From Patescibacteria group bacterium (GTDB lineage: Bacteria; Patescibacteriota; Patescibacteriia; Magasanikbacterales; GWA2-37-8): a stretch of DNA of 64,000 nt. Location: positions 328,612 to 392,611 of the forward strand of contig JBAZNA010000001.1 of NCBI GenBank assembly GCA_041649475.1, read 5' to 3'. Positions 39,233-49,958 of this stretch are shown here, piece after piece. The position numbers were made by a program, and so were the translations under genes. The notes beneath the pieces were generated by a model, which worked only from the letters and a program-made list of their open reading frames with translations, searched no databases and had not been told where the DNA came from. The first letter of the stretch is position 1. Each line of letters starts with the position of its first letter.

Positions 39233-39796
39233 ATGTCAGCCAAGAAGCTTACCGAGAAAATCCTCCTCTATCAACTATATACTAAGCAAGATCCTGAAGC
39301 GTTTGCGAAACTTTACGATTTGTACGCAAGACGCATTTACAGGTTCGTTTTTTTTAAAGTTGCAAATCATGAAGAAGCCGAGGATGTTACTTCTGAAGTA
39401 TTTTTAAAGGCCTGGAATTTCATAAGCGAGAAGAAAAAGATTGATAGTTTCAGCGGGTTGCTTTACAAATTGGCACGCAATTGCGTGATTGATCTATACA
39501 GAAAAAAATCCAGACAAACAGAAATCTTGTCCCTGGATAATATAAATGAAGAAAGCGGGCTTGATATAAATGATGCCGGAAAATGGAAAGAAACATTCGG
39601 AGATAAAATGGAAGCGCAAAAAATCATTCAGGCCTTGCAAAAATTAAAACAAGAATATAGAGAAATAGTTACTCTGAAATATGTTGATGAACTGGATGTA
39701 AGCGAGATTTCCGAAATAACCGGAAAAGGCGGTATAGCAGTAAGAGTCACTTTGCATCGTGGTCTAAAAAAATTGAAAGAGCTTTTGGAAGGTTAA
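39233..39796 (+). CDS. ECF-family RNA polymerase sigma-70 factor
   Basis: 187 aa. Region 2 'LYKLARNCVIDLYRKK'; region 4 'EYREIVTLKYVDELDVSEISEITGKGGIAVRVTLHRGLKKLKE'. Confidence 0.8.
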   Translation: MSAKKLTEKILLYQLYTKQDPEAFAKLYDLYARRIYRFVFFKVANHEEAEDVTSEVFLKAWNFISEKKKIDSFSGLLYKLARNCVIDLYRKKSRQTEILSLDNINEESGLDINDAGKWKETFGDKMEAQKIIQALQKLKQEYREIVTLKYVDELDVSEISEITGKGGIAVRVTLHRGLKKLKELLEG

Positions 39797-39799
39797 AAT

Positions 39800-41119
39800 A
39801 TGTATCGCAACATAATTAAACAACTCAAAACTCTGAAACATCAGGATGTCAATCCTAGCAATGAGTGGTTAGAGAATAACCGCGGGCTTTTGCTGTCTCA
39901 AATAAAAAATACAGTTACCCAGGAACCTTCCCAATTTAAAATGGAGAATGTCTGGCAGAGCCTGTCCATCTTTTTACCGCAATCCTTTGTTAATTCAATA
40001 GTTCGCCCGGCCTTGGCGCTGGCCCTCATTATGGGTATGGTTGGTGGCGGCTGGCTTGGAACAGTGTCAGCTTCAGCCGAAGCTCTGCCCGGGGATTGGT
40101 TATATGCTGCTAAGAAAATTACAGAACAAACCCAAGCGGCGGTGGTGGCGGTTGTTGGAGATAAGAAGGCCGAGGCCAGCTTACATGTGGAGTTTGCCAA
40201 ACGCCGAGCCATAGAAACCAAAAAAATTATCAGCGATCCGCAGAAAATCGGTATGGCCATGAACACTGTTAATGATTTGAAAAATGAAATTCAAACTGTG
40301 AGCAGCACCTTGAATGATTTAAAAACTAATACCGACGCGTCGGTATCCGCTCAAACCGCCAAAGACATATCTCAAAATGCGGTGCAAATCCAGGATGTCT
40401 TAACTTCCGTAAAAACAGATCTTTTAACCACTCCAACCAGCACAGCGGCCAGTTTAAGTGATTTGACCACCCGGGTAGCTGAAGCCAAAAATTTAACCAA
40501 AGACACTGCGGTGAAAGCAATGGAAGTTATGGTAACCAAACATTTGCAGGGTGATAATAGCGTTTCCAAAGATGAAGTAAAACAAGTTATAAATAATCAA
40601 TTGCAATCTGCGGTTGCCGATGCCGCCGTATCTCAACAAAATACCGCGGATGTTAATCAAGCCATCAATATTGTAAAAACCGAAGTGGCTGCTATTTCCA
40701 AAGACGCCAAGCAAGATAAAAATACAAGTTTAGTCAGCAGTACGCAAGTGCTGTCCACCAAATTGGAAGCCGCCAGCATTCAGACCCAGGTTGCGGTAAG
40801 TCAGACCCAACAAGTCGGGGTTGTCGCCAATCAACAAGCAAGCGAAGGCCAACAGCTTCTATCTCAAGGCAACTTATTGCAAGCTGTTGATAAAGTAAAA
40901 GTGGCTTCAGATGCCACCAAGGTATCAGAACAGATTGCCGACAATACCATTAAAACTGTTCAGACCGTATTACCGGTGGTATCGGTTGTGGGTGATAAAG
41001 GGGTATCCTCAAGCATATCAGCGGTTGTTATCACCTCAACACCATCAAGCAGCAGTACGGTGGGTATTGTCGTGAGCAGTTCAACGGTTATAATATTGCC
41101 AACCAGCACGGTAAAATAG
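39800..41119 (+). CDS. probable anti-sigma factor / membrane-anchored coiled-coil protein (assigned by context)
   Basis: Starts 4 nt after the sigma gene. ~70 aa cytoplasmic N-terminus, one TM 'ALALALIMGMVGGGWLG', then a long Ala/Gln/Thr/Val-rich extracellular region. Confidence 0.45.
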   Translation: MYRNIIKQLKTLKHQDVNPSNEWLENNRGLLLSQIKNTVTQEPSQFKMENVWQSLSIFLPQSFVNSIVRPALALALIMGMVGGGWLGTVSASAEALPGDWLYAAKKITEQTQAAVVAVVGDKKAEASLHVEFAKRRAIETKKIISDPQKIGMAMNTVNDLKNEIQTVSSTLNDLKTNTDASVSAQTAKDISQNAVQIQDVLTSVKTDLLTTPTSTAASLSDLTTRVAEAKNLTKDTAVKAMEVMVTKHLQGDNSVSKDEVKQVINNQLQSAVADAAVSQQNTADVNQAINIVKTEVAAISKDAKQDKNTSLVSSTQVLSTKLEAASIQTQVAVSQTQQVGVVANQQASEGQQLLSQGNLLQAVDKVKVASDATKVSEQIADNTIKTVQTVLPVVSVVGDKGVSSSISAVVITSTPSSSSTVGIVVSSSTVIILPTSTVK

Positions 41120-41246
41120 TTTTTTCTTCCCGCACTGCAGGCAAGATTTATTGTCTGTAACGCGGAGAGAAAAAGTTAGTAAGTAGTAGTTATTATTAAC
41201 GGTCTTAGCAAAGGTTGAGGGTCCATGAGGACTCGCCTAGACCATT

Positions 41247-44200
41247 GTGTCTCTTGCAGGTATCCTAACGGAAATTTGCGAGGGAAAAAATAATCTTAAT
41301 TTAAATATGACCGATGTATTAAAACTAGGAAAGAGAATCTTTACCATCGGCGTTGTTGTAACCACAATCATGTGGTCACTTGGCGTAGTTTCATTAGCTT
41401 CAACCGTTGCTAATGCCGCATCATGTCCAACTTTATCAGCTGGCAACATGATTAAGGTAACTGGCAAGGCAGCTATCTATGCTGTAAACAATGCTTCAAA
41501 GGTATTGTATTTTCCTTCCGGAGATGAATTTAAGAGCTGGAACGTAAACAACACCTACGGTGGCTATATTTCAGTCACCCAGGAATGTTTTGACTCTTTG
41601 TCAGTTCCCAGCACTTATCCAGGCGGAGTAAACTATCGCCCGGGTTCTTATGTTGTAAAGAGACCGTCTTCAGATCAATTATATGTAGTTGAACCAGGAA
41701 ATACTTTGGCAAAAATCAGCGTAACTGATGCCAAGGCCCTCTATGGCGCAACCTACAAAGTAATGACAGTTGCTGATCCGTTCTGGCCGCATTATGTTAA
41801 CCGCGGTGCAGACATTGCTGGCTTAGCCCATGAGGGCATGCTGGTAAGCAAGGACAGCAAAACATGGTATGTCGCCGCCGGTAACGTCCTTCGTGAAGTT
41901 ACTGCTACAGGCATGACTGCCAACAGATTCAAGACCGCATTTGTACATGCTGTTCCTGCTGCTTATTTAGCAGGATTCACCACTGGTGCTGTGCTTGATT
42001 CTTTAGATTCAACAATCAGCAACCGAACACAGGACGGAGCAATTGCTCCGGGTACTGGCGGTAACTTAACAGTGGCCTTAGCCGCAGATAATCCAGCAGC
42101 TGCAAACATTGCTGATGGATCTGCCTATAACGCTGTTTTGAAGTTAGCCCTAAGCGCTGGTAGCGCCACAAAAGTAACTGGTATTACCTTAACCAAAACT
42201 GGTTTAATCGCTAATACCAATATTACTGGCGTCAGCATTTGGGACGCGGAAGGAAATCGCCATGGCGATGTCATGACCTCCTTCACTTCAGACAATAAAG
42301 TAACTGTGGGCTTTGCCGGCAACCCAATCTTGGTTTCTTCCGGCGCCCCGGAATCTTTAATTGTCAGGTTAAATATTTCCGCTGCTGCTAACTCCGGTTT
42401 GGTTGGAATGAAAGTCGCTGCTGCCACTGATATTACTTCAGACGGCACAGTTGGCGGTTCATTCCCAATCACTGGCAACCAGATGAGTATTATTGACGGC
42501 AATGCATCATTAGCTATAGTTTCATCTACTAATGTAGCTGTCGGTGGTATTACAAATGGCAGTGAGGCAACAATTGCTCTCGCCAACATTTCAGTTGGTG
42601 ATGTCGGCAAAGAAATTGCCAAATTCAAATTCACAGAGAGCAGCGGCAATGAAGATGTTGTTATTTCAAGATTGACCTTCTATTTTGAAGGCAGCTTGCA
42701 AGACAAAGATCTTACCAATCTCTCTCTCGTGGCACCGGATGGTTCAGTATTGGGTACAGCGACCACTCTAGCTGATCGCTATGTGACCATAAATTTCACT
42801 AACCCGTATACTTTGCCAAAGAGCACCAACAGAACATTGACCTTAAAAGCCGATGTTGTTGATGGTTCAACTCATTATTTCCGCGTTCACTTACAGAATG
42901 ATTACGACATGTTGCTTAAGGGATCCACAACCGGGTTCTATATTTTACCGGACGGGTTCGCTGACCAATATGAAACAAACGGCTGGTTTGAAATCAAATC
43001 CGGCAGTTTGACTGTAAACAAGAACGTGGCTTCTCCAGCCGGGAATATCTCCTCTGGAGCTTCAGGAGTTGTGTTAGCAACCTTTGATATTAAAGCGGTT
43101 GGTGAGAACATGGAAATCCGCAAAATGGGCTTGGGAGTAGTAACTACTACTGCTTCAACCCATAAGTTAACCGGTAATATTTCTGTACAGGATTCCAGCG
43201 GCAATACCTACTTGACCGTCGCTGCTTCTGATGTAAATTTGTATTACCCAACGCAGGGCAAACAATATAACATGTCCAGCTACTTGACAATCAACTCTGG
43301 TAGTACCAAGACCTTGCAAGTAGTCGGCAATATTGATTCCCTTGCCAGCGGAGACACCTATAAGATTGCTGTTGGTGATTTCTATGCCAAGAGATTATCT
43401 ACTCTTGACTTCAAAGATAATCTGCCAACTGTTGTGCCAACCAGCACAGCCGCCAATCAATTGGCCGTGAGTGCAACCGCACTTACCTGCTACAAAGATA
43501 CTGCCATGGGTAATGTGACCCGCGCCAGCGGATCAAATACCGTTCTTGGCCAGTACATTTGTACAGCCGGCACCTCTGAAGATATTGCTTTAAGCAGCAT
43601 GACCTTCGCCTTTGGTGATACCGGCAGTGCAGCCAATACTTTCCAGAATGTAGCTCTGTATGATGGAACCACTCAATTGGGCTCCACCTTAAGCACCGTA
43701 GCTTCCACTTCAAATGGTTATACTTTCAGTTTAACTGTTCCGAAGGGCACTACTAAGACCTTGCAATTACAGGGTCTGATAATTTCAGGCGCTTCCGGTG
43801 TCGTGAGTTCATCCATCTCAGCGTATAACTACACTGGCAAGAGCAGCAACAATTCCACATCCTACACCACTCCTCTGATCGTTGGTCAGAATGTGACCGT
43901 GGGAAATGGTACATTGGGAATCGCTGCGGCATCTGATGCCTCAACTATCTCCAAGATCTACGGTCCGAGTCAGACCGGTGTTCAGCTTGGTAAGTGGAAA
44001 TTATCCGCGGCCAGCGATAGCGTGACCTTAAACAAGTTGTCGTTTACTTTAAGGCTGCCGGATGGTGCTCCTATTATTGACTACACCACTTCAGGTCTAT
44101 TCGGTCTGTTAACATTGTACGATTCTACCGGCGCTGCCTTAGCTACAGGCAATTATGTTGCTGGCAATGTTGTTTTCACCGGGCTCACTCTTGAAATCCC

Positions 44201-45014
44201 GATGGATTCATACAAAGTCATTACCTTAAAAGGTAACACTAATGGCTCAGGCGTGATTAACAAAGATCAACCGGTTGACTTCGTAATCAAGAGTAATAGC
44301 AATACGGACATGGAAGCCAGATCAGGCGCAGGTTCTTTATTGGCAGCCGCCGATATTGGCCTTACCACTGCTGGTAGCAATTCCGCAATGGAAAGATTTG
44401 CGACTTCTTCTGCCTACATCTTCCATGATGCGTATCCGACAATTACTGCCACATCTTTGGGCTCTGCCTTAGCTTTGGACACCAAAGCTCAAATACTTAA
44501 ATTCACAGTTACCAATTCTGGTGCCCGTGATTTAAGAGTTGGTTCAACTACGATTTCTGTTAGCGTGTCCGGTTTGGCCGGCGCAGGAACATCTAGTGGA
44601 ACAATCAGAGACTTCAGATTGTATGAAGATAACGGTTCAGGCGGACTTGGAACTTATCTTGCTGTAAACGATACAGTGGTAAATTCCAGCACAGCCAATC
44701 CATCCACCGTTACCTTTGATGGGGCTCAAGCGGCCACAACTGGTTCAATGAGTAATATTACTATTGGTCCAGGCGCCGCGATTACCTTTATTGTCACTGC
44801 TGACACATCCAATATGGGTACTAGCAAGACCTCAGGCACCAGCGTAACGCTGTCTGCCAAGATTGCCGGTTCAACAGGTTGGAGCGGTTCAGCGTGGAAT
44901 ACAGGCAACTTGTTCTACTACTACACTCCAGTCGGAGGTAGCGAGAACACTGTTCCTTATTCAGCTTCAGATTCTTACGAAGTGTCCGGATCAACAATGA
45001 CCCGAGCCTTCTAA
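41247..45014 (+). CDS. large (1255 aa) Ser/Thr/Gly-rich surface protein, S-layer/adhesin-like, with tandem Ig-like beta-sandwich repeats (an ATG at 41307, 'MTDVLKLGKR', may be the true start)
   Basis: Signal/anchor 'IFTIGVVVTTIMWSLGVVSLASTVANAAS'. ~200 aa N-domain, then ~1000 aa of low-complexity repeats ('TLTLKADVVDG', 'TKTLQLQGLII', 'VITLKGNTNGSG'). Sits directly downstream of the ECF pair. Confidence 0.6.
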   Translation: MSLAGILTEICEGKNNLNLNMTDVLKLGKRIFTIGVVVTTIMWSLGVVSLASTVANAASCPTLSAGNMIKVTGKAAIYAVNNASKVLYFPSGDEFKSWNVNNTYGGYISVTQECFDSLSVPSTYPGGVNYRPGSYVVKRPSSDQLYVVEPGNTLAKISVTDAKALYGATYKVMTVADPFWPHYVNRGADIAGLAHEGMLVSKDSKTWYVAAGNVLREVTATGMTANRFKTAFVHAVPAAYLAGFTTGAVLDSLDSTISNRTQDGAIAPGTGGNLTVALAADNPAAANIADGSAYNAVLKLALSAGSATKVTGITLTKTGLIANTNITGVSIWDAEGNRHGDVMTSFTSDNKVTVGFAGNPILVSSGAPESLIVRLNISAAANSGLVGMKVAAATDITSDGTVGGSFPITGNQMSIIDGNASLAIVSSTNVAVGGITNGSEATIALANISVGDVGKEIAKFKFTESSGNEDVVISRLTFYFEGSLQDKDLTNLSLVAPDGSVLGTATTLADRYVTINFTNPYTLPKSTNRTLTLKADVVDGSTHYFRVHLQNDYDMLLKGSTTGFYILPDGFADQYETNGWFEIKSGSLTVNKNVASPAGNISSGASGVVLATFDIKAVGENMEIRKMGLGVVTTTASTHKLTGNISVQDSSGNTYLTVAASDVNLYYPTQGKQYNMSSYLTINSGSTKTLQVVGNIDSLASGDTYKIAVGDFYAKRLSTLDFKDNLPTVVPTSTAANQLAVSATALTCYKDTAMGNVTRASGSNTVLGQYICTAGTSEDIALSSMTFAFGDTGSAANTFQNVALYDGTTQLGSTLSTVASTSNGYTFSLTVPKGTTKTLQLQGLIISGASGVVSSSISAYNYTGKSSNNSTSYTTPLIVGQNVTVGNGTLGIAAASDASTISKIYGPSQTGVQLGKWKLSAASDSVTLNKLSFTLRLPDGAPIIDYTTSGLFGLLTLYDSTGAALATGNYVAGNVVFTGLTLEIPMDSYKVITLKGNTNGSGVINKDQPVDFVIKSNSNTDMEARSGAGSLLAAADIGLTTAGSNSAMERFATSSAYIFHDAYPTITATSLGSALALDTKAQILKFTVTNSGARDLRVGSTTISVSVSGLAGAGTSSGTIRDFRLYEDNGSGGLGTYLAVNDTVVNSSTANPSTVTFDGAQAATTGSMSNITIGPGAAITFIVTADTSNMGTSKTSGTSVTLSAKIAGSTGWSGSAWNTGNLFYYYTPVGGSENTVPYSASDSYEVSGSTMTRAF

Positions 45015-45051
45015 GTAGTTTGAGTTGAATTCTGTAAAAAGTTTACAGAAC

Positions 45052-45078
45052 AAAACCCGCCCGCAAGGGCGGGTTTTT
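45052..45078 (+). terminator. rho-independent terminator (GCAA tetraloop)
   Basis: 'acccgcc c gcaa g ggcgggt' followed by ttttt. Confidence 0.75.
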
Positions 45079-45079
45079 G

Positions 45080-45108
45080 TTGACAAAAACATACTTATTG
45101 TGTATAAT
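45080..45108 (+). promoter_or_regulatory. perfect sigma-70 consensus promoter for typA
   Basis: TTGACA (45080 to 45085), 17 nt spacer, TATAAT (45103 to 45108). ATG at 45134. Confidence 0.6.
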
Positions 45109-45133
45109 TTTGTCACCGCAATCTTAAATATTT

Positions 45134-46945
45134 ATGAAAATCAGAAACGTCGCCATTATCGCCCACGTAGACCACGGCAAAACCACGCTCGTGGATGCTT
45201 TGCTTCGCCAATCCAAAACCAAACTGTCCAAAGAACAGGCAAATCAGGACACCATTATGGACAGCAATGATCTGGAACGCGAAAGGGGAATTACTATTTT
45301 TTCCAAAAATGCGGCCATAGATTGGCAAGGGACCAAAATAAACATCATTGACACCCCGGGTCATGCTGATTTTGGCGGGGAAGTTGAACGCGTTTTGAAG
45401 ATGGCCGACGGTTGTTTGCTTTTGGTTGATGCCAAAGAAGGGCCGATGCCGCAAACCAGATTCGTGCTCAAAAAAGCGCTGGCCATGGGGCATAAGATTA
45501 TTGTGGTGATAAATAAAATTGACAAGCCGGGCGCCAGGCCGGAATACGCCTTGGACAAAACCTTTGATTTGTTTGTGGAGTTGGGCGCCAGCGATGAGGC
45601 CGCTGATTTTCCGGTAATATACGCTTCAGCCAAACAGGGCAAAGCTGGGCTTCTCCCGGATATAGAAAAAATGACCGACATCACTCCAATTTTTGATACG
45701 ATTTTAAAATACGTGCCCGAGCCGTCCGGCGATGAAAATGCGCCTTTACAAATGCTTGTCACCACCATCAGTGGTAATGACTTTAAAGGCAGAATCGCCA
45801 TTGGCAGAATCTATAACGGCAAGATAAAAGCCGGTCAGGATGTCATGCATATTAATCGCGCCGGACAAATGGAAAAATGTCGCTTGATGTCTCTGATGAG
45901 TTTTGAGGGGTTGGGTCGGGTTGAGGTAAGTGAGGCCTTGGTCGGAGACATTGTGGCCTTGGCCGGAATTCCTGATATAAATATCGGAGAAACAATCGCG
46001 GATGTTGCCAGCCCAATCGCTTTGCCCCTTTTAAACATTGAAGAGCCGACCGTGAAGATGACCTTTTGCGTAAATGATTCGCCCTTTGCCGGCAAAGAAG
46101 GCCAATTTAGCACTTCGCGCCAGGTTAGGGAAAGATTATATAAAGAGTTGGAAACGGATATGGCTTTGCGGGTTACAGACGGGCCAAACGGTGATTGGAT
46201 TGTTTCCGGAAGAGGCGAACTGCATTTGGCCATTTTAATTGAACGCTTGCGCCGGGAGGGTTATGAATTTCAGGTTTCCCGTCCGCAGGTGATTCTTAAA
46301 GAAGTTAATGGAAAAATGCTGGCGCCATACGAGCAGATATTTATTGAGACCCCCGAGGTTCATGCCGGAGCCGTTATTCAAAAATTAGGCGGCAGACACG
46401 GCGAATTGCGCGAAATGCGTACGGAAAACGGAATTAATTTTTTAGAATTTATTATTCCCACCCGGGGCTTGTTCGGCTATCGCACCGAATTTTTGACCGA
46501 CACCAGGGGCCTAGGAATAATCAATACAATTTTTTATGATTATATGCCTGATCCGGGCAATTGGCGCGAACGCGACCAGGGTTCTTTGGTCGCTCATGAA
46601 ACCGGAACGACAAATTTGTACGGCCTGTTAAATGTGCAGGATAGGGGAGTGATGTTTGTTGGGCCGGCCGTGTCTGTTTATAAAGGACAAGTTGTCGGAC
46701 AGAATGCGCGCACCGGCGATATCCGCGTTAATGTTTGTAAAGAAAAACAGCTTTCCAACATGCGTTCCAAAGGCGACGGCAGCGCCGAACATTTCAATAC
46801 GCCAAGAACCATGGATTTGGAAGATGCCTTGGAATATATTGGCGATGATGAATTGGTGGAAGTGACTCCCAAAAATATCAGAATTAGAAAGGTGATTTTG
46901 GATCCGGAGGATGAGAAAAGAAGGTCTAAAGGGATTATGGTATAA
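45134..46945 (+). CDS. typA: translational GTPase TypA/BipA
   Basis: '[22 protein letters not shown]', '[14 protein letters not shown]', 'NKIDKPGAR'. 603 aa, typical TypA length. Confidence 0.95.
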   Translation: MKIRNVAIIAHVDHGKTTLVDALLRQSKTKLSKEQANQDTIMDSNDLERERGITIFSKNAAIDWQGTKINIIDTPGHADFGGEVERVLKMADGCLLLVDAKEGPMPQTRFVLKKALAMGHKIIVVINKIDKPGARPEYALDKTFDLFVELGASDEAADFPVIYASAKQGKAGLLPDIEKMTDITPIFDTILKYVPEPSGDENAPLQMLVTTISGNDFKGRIAIGRIYNGKIKAGQDVMHINRAGQMEKCRLMSLMSFEGLGRVEVSEALVGDIVALAGIPDINIGETIADVASPIALPLLNIEEPTVKMTFCVNDSPFAGKEGQFSTSRQVRERLYKELETDMALRVTDGPNGDWIVSGRGELHLAILIERLRREGYEFQVSRPQVILKEVNGKMLAPYEQIFIETPEVHAGAVIQKLGGRHGELREMRTENGINFLEFIIPTRGLFGYRTEFLTDTRGLGIINTIFYDYMPDPGNWRERDQGSLVAHETGTTNLYGLLNVQDRGVMFVGPAVSVYKGQVVGQNARTGDIRVNVCKEKQLSNMRSKGDGSAEHFNTPRTMDLEDALEYIGDDELVEVTPKNIRIRKVILDPEDEKRRSKGIMV

Positions 46946-46961
46946 TATTAAATGCCTTTAC

Positions 46962-47033
46962 GCCGCCATCGTCTAATGGCTAGGACATTACCCTCTCACG
47001 GTAGTAATAGGGGTTCGATTCCCCTTGGCGGTA
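46962..47033 (+). tRNA. tRNA-Glu (anticodon CTC)
   Basis: Glu-like D arm 'cgtctaatggctaggac', anticodon stem ttacc/ggtag with loop 'ctCTCac', T arm 'aggggttcgattcccct'. Confidence 0.8.
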
Positions 47034-47044
47034 CAATTCTAATT

Positions 47045-49225
47045 CTAATAGGTCACATCCAAAAACCCTTTGTTGATATTATCTATTGAAAAAGTCATTA
47101 TCAAGAAATATCCCGGTTTATACATAGTCAATTGTTTGCTCCCTTCGTCCTGCGTTTTGTAGCCAAGGCCTTCCAGATAACTTTTCACTTTAGCCATATC
47201 GTCTTTGGTAATAACGCGATCAAAGGTGTAGCTTAGCATTTGTCCGGACAAATTATCCGTCAGTTTGACGTGACTGTCAAAAAGCTGGTTTAGAATGGGT
47301 AGGAGCTCGCTGTTGATTGTCCGGCTCTTTTCATTGACCGGTTCCACAGTGGTTTTGTTGTCGTAATTCATTTCCGGCCAGGTTTTTTTAGCAGTGAAAT
47401 CAGTGTTGTTAGTAGAAACTGTAGGCAGTTGGGCGGGGGGAGTATTTTGAGAAGCTTTAAACGGGGCGTAGGTTGAAACTTTTGCTTTTTTATAGAGAGA
47501 AAATTCCGGCTTGCGGTTTGTTAAATTAATTGGGTAGGGTTCCACTTGCGCGGTTAAATTATTGGAAATAGAGTAGGTCGTCGCCATCTCTACGGCAAAA
47601 CTGCCGTTATAGTCTGTTATCCAACTGGTATCATTATTAACATTGCCGCTTGCATCTATCTTCAGCAAAAATCCGTCTTTATAATAGGTTTTACTGTCCA
47701 ATATGACTGATTTAACTATCTTAGTTACATATTCGCCGGCGATGATGGCCCCGCTGTCGGTTGTGGCCTTTAAAACATAATTCGTGGCTCCGCGCTGGGG
47801 GTTAATTATCTTTGCCCAGCTAACATTTAGGTCAGCATCCATTTTCATCATAAAAATACCGGGGCGATACGCGTCTCGAGCCGCATCAATGGTTGCTTGA
47901 TCCTGTTCATTGACTGCTTTAGTTTTTTCCTGAAAATCATCGTCAGCCCAACTGATCGGTCCAGCAATCATTATTTGTTTGTCAGCCGAGAGAGCCATGG
48001 AAAATTCTATCATCGGCGAGGTAAAATCATTAAAACCAAAATTCATTTTTTTGACCCACTCTAAATTACCCGCAGAATCATATTTGAAGGCAATCAAATA
48101 ATCCTTTTTCATTGACGCTAGGTCCGTAATTTTTGGCAGCATAGACAAGGTTCCGGCTAAAGTTCCTAAAACCAAATACCCGTTATCTTGCGTCTGAATC
48201 AGGCCGCGAATATTGCTTGCTCCTTGGCGCACCTTTTTCCAACCCATCTCATAGCCCCCGCCTGCTTTGGGAATAGCCGCGGCCATATCCAAAGGCGTCC
48301 CCTCCAAACTTTTTGCCCACTGGAAGTTAAAATCTTTATCAAATTTAACCAGTCCGGGATAGGTATCAAAATTATACGGCAAACTTTTTTCCGCATTCGG
48401 TTCGGTTACGTTTCCGGCCAGGGCATAGCCGCCATCTGGCGTTGCTATAAGATAAGAATCATTGTTGCGGGAAATAAAGTTTTTTATATTTTTTGACCAA
48501 TCCAAATTTCCGTTTTTATCAAATTTCAAAACCTTAAGCGAAGCAAAGGGCAAATCTTGATAAACATCAGAGTCCTCTCCTCTTTGCTCGGGCGGCAAAT
48601 CAAGTATGTTTGCGTAAAACAAAAAACCATTGTCCGCGGTTTGGAGCAGTGAGTTTCTGGCATCTTCCACGGCGGCGGTGAAAGATTTGTTCCAAACCAT
48701 GTTGCCATTCTTGTCCAATTTGGTGATTAGTATTTTGTTTAAATCAACATTGTCCATCTTCCATTCTGCGGATTTAATAAACCCCCAGACCTTGGAAGCC
48801 ATTAAATAGCCGCCGTTTTTAAGTTCAATAATTGACTGGACATCTTCTTCCCCTTTGGGATTGCCATCTCCGGCGGCATTGGTGGTTTTTAGAAGTTTTA
48901 GCCACTGCACGCTGCCCTGTTTATCAAGTTTGGCCACAAAACCATCCGGCGGGATAAACATAATATTGGGGTCAGTCGTGCCGGAAACAATATAACCGCC
49001 ATCTTTGGTTGGCCAGGCGCCGTTAATTTTTGTAAATACCAGCAGACGGTATGATTTTAAAAAGGTGGTATTAGCCACGGATGTGGCCGATGCCGGGCTA
49101 AGAGAAACACCCACGCTGACTTTAGCCGCATTCGTATTCCAATTCATTCCTATGCAAACCGAGGATAAAAATATCAAAGCAAAGGCAATGGTGAGCAAAG
49201 AGTTGGTTTTTGAACTTCTTTTCAT
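47045..49225 (-). CDS. secreted beta-propeller repeat protein (hypothetical)
   Basis: Signal peptide. Recurring ~50 aa units of the form 'G(G)Y...(A)G......D..(L/I)(A/T)KLDKNGN..W.K'. Confidence 0.5.
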   Translation of the reverse strand: MKRSSKTNSLLTIAFALIFLSSVCIGMNWNTNAAKVSVGVSLSPASATSVANTTFLKSYRLLVFTKINGAWPTKDGGYIVSGTTDPNIMFIPPDGFVAKLDKQGSVQWLKLLKTTNAAGDGNPKGEEDVQSIIELKNGGYLMASKVWGFIKSAEWKMDNVDLNKILITKLDKNGNMVWNKSFTAAVEDARNSLLQTADNGFLFYANILDLPPEQRGEDSDVYQDLPFASLKVLKFDKNGNLDWSKNIKNFISRNNDSYLIATPDGGYALAGNVTEPNAEKSLPYNFDTYPGLVKFDKDFNFQWAKSLEGTPLDMAAAIPKAGGGYEMGWKKVRQGASNIRGLIQTQDNGYLVLGTLAGTLSMLPKITDLASMKKDYLIAFKYDSAGNLEWVKKMNFGFNDFTSPMIEFSMALSADKQIMIAGPISWADDDFQEKTKAVNEQDQATIDAARDAYRPGIFMMKMDADLNVSWAKIINPQRGATNYVLKATTDSGAIIAGEYVTKIVKSVILDSKTYYKDGFLLKIDASGNVNNDTSWITDYNGSFAVEMATTYSISNNLTAQVEPYPINLTNRKPEFSLYKKAKVSTYAPFKASQNTPPAQLPTVSTNNTDFTAKKTWPEMNYDNKTTVEPVNEKSRTINSELLPILNQLFDSHVKLTDNLSGQMLSYTFDRVITKDDMAKVKSYLEGLGYKTQDEGSKQLTMYKPGYFLIMTFSIDNINKGFLDVTY

Positions 49226-49337
49226 ATTTTTTATTTATAGTTTTTGGCGACTCTATTATACCACTATATTGCCCGGTTGTTGAGTTATGGTGTATAATAT
49301 TAAAAATTAATGGCTTTTATTCTTAATATCATACGTT

Positions 49338-49958
49338 ATGAACAAAAAAACGTTGATCGTAGTGGTCGTGGTGGTGGGGGCATTGGTGGTGTTGGGTGGA
49401 ATATTTTATGGCTATAATCGCTGGCGCCAACAAAGGATAGCCAATCAAATTTTGAGTTTGTATGGCGGCAATACCGGCTTGTTGGGTAAATTGACCGGTG
49501 GCGACGCCAACCAAATTGCGCAGGAAATGGCCAGACAGCAAGCGATTGAGGAAGCAAATACCGCGGCCCAGGAAGCGGCCAAGACCCCGGAGGATAAATA
49601 TAACGCAACGCAGGAAATGCAAGCTTATGATGATAATTCCAGGACCGTGTCCGGTGCGGCCAAGGCAATAGTGGAACAGGTGTTTGGTAAAGCGAAGTTA
49701 ACCTCTTATACTACGGGTTATTTTGCGTCCACTCCTGGTTCCGGCGCGGCAATTTTTGAAACCATCCGGCCAGCCACTGCTGCTGACGTGGGCGCCTTTA
49801 ATAAAATATTGACTGATAAGGGTTTGCAGATTATTTCGAGCGGCACGGATAATCAGGATGCTTCAATCATGGCCGGTAATGACAACGAGCAATACATAAT
49901 TGGATTTGGCATCGGCAGTCAGGAGATAACGGTAACGATTGTTAAGACCGCCCAGTAA
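49338..49958 (+). CDS. hypothetical membrane-anchored protein
   Basis: 'LIVVVVVVGALVVLGGIFYGY' anchor and an Ala/Gln-rich exported part. Confidence 0.45.
   Translation: MNKKTLIVVVVVVGALVVLGGIFYGYNRWRQQRIANQILSLYGGNTGLLGKLTGGDANQIAQEMARQQAIEEANTAAQEAAKTPEDKYNATQEMQAYDDNSRTVSGAAKAIVEQVFGKAKLTSYTTGYFASTPGSGAAIFETIRPATAADVGAFNKILTDKGLQIISSGTDNQDASIMAGNDNEQYIIGFGIGSQEITVTIVKTAQ

Noticed and set aside
45025-45493. ORFs 45025..45270 (+) and 45113..45493 (-)
   Set aside because: They span the typA terminator/promoter and the typA 5' coding region in wrong frames. Arg/Gln-rich junk frames.
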